Assembly (NCBI GenBank): GCA_016201505.1
Contig: JACQCQ010000013.1
Location: 80,830-144,829, forward strand
Length of the DNA: 64,000 nucleotides
Direction of reading: 5' to 3'
DNA from: Candidatus Sungiibacteriota bacterium
Lineage (GTDB): Bacteria; Patescibacteriota; Minisyncoccia; Sungbacterales; JACQCQ01
This document shows positions 61,605-64,000 of the stretch, one piece after another. Every line of letters starts with the position of its first letter. The stretch's first letter is position 1. The notes under the pieces are model-generated. The model saw only the letters and a list, made by a program, of their open reading frames with translations, made no database searches and had not been told where the DNA came from. Position numbers and translations under genes: made by a program.

Positions 61605-62759
61605 TTAGTGCATTTCTTTTTGTATGATACGAGAAACAAGTGAAAAAAGCACTGTGTCTTCAGGCGAATGAAATGGCCAACCGCTAAAATGCGCCGACAC
61701 CGTGTCTGTTGGATGAAGGATAGAAACTTCGGCCTCGCTGCCGGCGGCAAAGGCTGCGTGCCAGTCGGGGTCTTGGAGGGCCGCCGACCAAACCGGGAGC
61801 GAGGCATACCTGCCTAAAACATAAAAGCGCGGAGTGACGACGACTGTTTTTGAAGCCTCAAGCAGCGCTTGTTGCCATTCGCGTTTCCAAAAATCCAACG
61901 TTCTTGCCATCGCCTCCTGAAGTTTTTTGATTGTTTCCGGCAGGAGTCTCCCCTCTTGCCATTGAGACAGAAGTACTGCGACGCTTTTTTCCGGCAGGCG
62001 AAAATACTTTCCAACAATACGCCTCAAATCCGCGCCGCCGAATTGAAACACGCGCTCGAACGCAAGCACGCCGCCCTGATAGAAGAGCAGGCCGGAGGCA
62101 TATTCACCGATATCAAAAACTACTCCCGAGGCATCAATACCCAGCTCAAAATGAACAGACTCATGAATGGATGAAATTCGCGGATAGAGGAAAATCGGCA
62201 GATGCGGGTACCTGATTTTAAAATGATCGAGTTCCTCCTCGAGCATACGCGGCCAGGCGGAGAGAGTAATTGAGAATGCGAGTTCTTTCCCGCGGGCAGC
62301 GACATTGTGCAGAAGTCGGTATCCATCAAGGCTGATGTGATCAAGCTCCGGAGGAAAATGAGCGAAGGGCTCAGATTCATCTTGGTATGAACGGGCGGCA
62401 GCGCGTTTGGCGCTTTTCCAGTAGAGTGCCAACTCCTCGGGTGTGATAGAAGCTGCGGGATTCGCCCGCGTCATCTTAAACTCATACATGTCCGCCTGCG
62501 CGGCGCTGTAGGGCAGTGAAATATGAATTTCCCGTACCTCTTTTAAGATCAAAGAAATTCTTCTCAAAAAAGCCTCGAGCGCCCGCAATGATTCTTGGAA
62601 AAGGCGCACATCGTCAACTTCTGGTCTTAGATCAAACTGCTCATGCAAAATGAGTTCAGCCGTTTTTTCATGCTTAGATAAGCAAAAAGCGACAAGTAAA
62701 ACCCGCGGCGGATCAATGTCGCAGCCAATAAAAACAAGCTGTTTGGCTTTTCGAAACAT
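61605..62759 (-). CDS. Divergent actin-fold ATPase (FtsA/PilM-like). The start is uncertain.
   Basis: FIGCDIDPPRV (phosphate-1-like), VVFDIGEYASGLLF (phosphate-2-like, degenerate), QFGGADLRR (FtsA GGDHFT-like). Confidence 0.35.
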   Translation of the reverse strand: MFRKAKQLVFIGCDIDPPRVLLVAFCLSKHEKTAELILHEQFDLRPEVDDVRLFQESLRALEAFLRRISLILKEVREIHISLPYSAAQADMYEFKMTRANPAASITPEELALYWKSAKRAAARSYQDESEPFAHFPPELDHISLDGYRLLHNVAARGKELAFSITLSAWPRMLEEELDHFKIRYPHLPIFLYPRISSIHESVHFELGIDASGVVFDIGEYASGLLFYQGGVLAFERVFQFGGADLRRIVGKYFRLPEKSVAVLLSQWQEGRLLPETIKKLQEAMARTLDFWKREWQQALLEASKTVVVTPRFYVLGRYASLPVWSAALQDPDWHAAFAAGSEAEVSILHPTDTVSAHFSGWPFHSPEDTVLFSLVSRIIQKEMH

Positions 62760-62879
62760 GTACGTTCCCGGGGCTCTTGTTGGCTTAACGATACACCGCC
62801 ACACCTGAAATTTATATCTTGGAAAAGCCGAAAATTTATATTCTCCTATTCGCGCGAATTAGAGAAGATACCGGCGGGA

Positions 62880-63554
62880 TCAGGTGTTTCGGTAAACCAT
62901 CCAGATATCGATATCGCCTCCCGACGGGACCTTGTATTCGCGCTTGGCGGCGCGAACGATGGCGCGGGCCACATCCTCCGGCGGCCGGCCGTGAAATTCC
63001 GTCATGGGGGTTTTTGTTGTATCCGGATTTACTGAAACGATATAAAGGCTTGGATATTCTTCGGCGATCGATTGGGTAAATCCTCTGACGCCGAATTTTG
63101 TCGCCGAGTAGACTGACTCCATTTGCATACCTTGCTTGCCTAACCCGCTCGAGATATTAATGATGCTTTCGCGAATTAGAGGCAAGAGCTCTTTGGTCAG
63201 TTTAATCAGCTCCAGAAGATTCGTTTTCATTTGCAGTTCAATTTCGTCAAACGATTGGTCCTCAAGTTTTTTCCTAACGTTTACGCCGGCGTTATTAACC
63301 AAAACATCCGCGCCGCCAGCTTTTTTTATTGCCTCCGCAAAATTTTTGAGGCTTTCATCGCTTGTGATATCCAGGTGGAAAAATCGCACGTCCGATGCGC
63401 CAAGTTCTTTGACTTCATCAGCAACTTTTTCAGCTTCGTTCTTATGTTTGTTGTAGGTGAGTAAAAGCCTGTTACCCTCTTTTGCAAACTCAAGTGCCGT
63501 CGCCCGCCCAATGCCCGAAGAAGCGCCTGTAATAACTACTATTTTATTCTTCAT
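62880..63554 (-). CDS. Short-chain dehydrogenase/reductase (SDR) family oxidoreductase.
   Basis: TGASSGIG cofactor motif, NNAG, and catalytic YSATK. Confidence 0.85.
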   Translation of the reverse strand: MKNKIVVITGASSGIGRATALEFAKEGNRLLLTYNKHKNEAEKVADEVKELGASDVRFFHLDITSDESLKNFAEAIKKAGGADVLVNNAGVNVRKKLEDQSFDEIELQMKTNLLELIKLTKELLPLIRESIINISSGLGKQGMQMESVYSATKFGVRGFTQSIAEEYPSLYIVSVNPDTTKTPMTEFHGRPPEDVARAIVRAAKREYKVPSGGDIDIWMVYRNT

Positions 63555-63557
63555 AAT

Positions 63558-64000
63558 TTATCTTTCATTTCTGATATGCTCCAACACGTCAGTCCAAGAA
63601 TATACGCGGGTGATGTGAGAAGGAATTGGGTCTTGATTCCAGGGAGTATTAAAGAGCCATACTTTCCTCCCAGTATCCGCAACTTCCAGCGCATGAGCCA
63701 CTGAGTCATCGATAAATATTTCTACCCCCAACTCATTACAAACTCCAGCTTTGGTTCTTTTGATACCATCGCCGTGAAATTGATTTGTAAAATATACTCC
63801 ACTAAATAAACCCGAATAATATTTCTCAAGCCATGAAGTTGTACGTTCCGCAAGATAGCTTGGCTTAGAGGTTATGACCACAAGCAAGTAATTTTTACTT
63901 AGTTCTCTAACGGCCTCCGTGGCCCCTTCCACCGGCTGAGCATTGTAGTGTACATCGGAGTTATAAAATTCTAAGATGCGCCTTATGGCATCATCTCTTG
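63558..64000 (-). CDS. HAD-superfamily hydrolase (5'(3')-deoxyribonucleotidase-like). Partial: the frame stays open past the window end, and the GTG called in the track is probably internal.
   Basis: HAD motif II (LLVVITSKPS) and motif III/IV (IFIDDSVAHALEVADTGRKVWLFNTPWN). Upstream in-frame translation continues to 64000 without a stop. Confidence 0.55.
   Translation of the reverse strand, partial: RDDAIRRILEFYNSDVHYNAQPVEGATEAVRELSKNYLLVVITSKPSYLAERTTSWLEKYYSGLFSGVYFTNQFHGDGIKRTKAGVCNELGVEIFIDDSVAHALEVADTGRKVWLFNTPWNQDPIPSHITRVYSWTDVLEHIRNER

Overview
This 64-kb window is a gene-dense, mostly minus-strand chromosomal segment. It looks like a Patescibacteria/CPR-type genome, which is an inference from gene content: ribosomal proteins with extensions, TrpR/YerC-type mini-regulators, and a 16S rRNA gene carrying a LAGLIDADG intron. 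Main contents follow in coordinate order.

- **proS fragment:** a 5' partial prolyl-tRNA synthetase gene on the minus strand at 1-367, absent from the ORF track.
- **Copper / thiol-redox supercluster (about 2-13 kb):** gap, copZ, copA, a CuA-like cupredoxin, a CcdA fused to a His/Met-rich periplasmic domain, DoxX, thioredoxins, trxB, glutaredoxin, a DsbA-like protein and an FAD oxidoreductase.
- **Small-regulator modules:** three small winged-helix regulators (one Cas2/PaaX-like, two TrpR/YerC-like). Each is bracketed at its stop and start codon by its own long perfect palindrome, and each palindrome has extra copies elsewhere in the window.
- **Housekeeping genes (14-22 kb):** rseP, tlyA, frr, a BNR propeller protein, holB, a peptidoglycan-binding protein and a stand-alone IMP-cyclohydrolase domain.
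- **Enzymes (22-24.6 kb):** an alpha/beta esterase and an S53 peptidase.
- **16S rRNA gene (about 25051-30517, minus strand):** about 5.5 kb because of at least five insertions, including a LAGLIDADG homing-endonuclease intron near the 3' end. No 23S, 5S or tRNA genes were found.
- **Glycoside operon (32.5-36.5 kb):** GH1 beta-glucosidase, a multi-TM protein fused to a clan GH-A hydrolase, and a ROK kinase.
- **Further gene blocks:**
  - rpsP-KH-trmD cluster and a short SMC-like ATPase.
  - Cell-surface cluster: sortase, a high-GC secreted protein, a Pro-rich candidate sortase substrate and a CARDB-like protein.
  - rnc, nusB, rpmF and mreB.
  - A bactofilin-like membrane protein, a TylF-type methyltransferase and a Cys-rich tandem-repeat secreted protein.
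  - Ribosomal alpha-operon block: infA, rpmJ (absent from the ORF track), rpsM, rpsK, rpsD, rpoA, rplQ, rplM, rpsI.
  - An FtsA-like protein, an SDR oxidoreductase and a partial HAD hydrolase at the window end.

Intergenic regions are AT-rich and carry several repeat families:
- MITE-like elements with CCCGTTAGA terminal inverted repeats. Two of them abut start codons.
- A second hairpin-element family (terminal repeats CCAGG(C/T)AGTAGAA(A/G)TTCGAC) inside the 16S gene, one copy in the 530 loop.
- About 130-nt AT-rich hairpin elements between ribosomal-protein genes.
- ctagtt-rich repeats.
- Two pairs of short conserved elements with compensatory stem changes, which are candidate structured RNAs.

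Several high-GC islands stand out and suggest horizontally acquired genes.

Coordinates and motif calls come from reading the sequence. All family assignments are inference from motifs and were not checked against any database.
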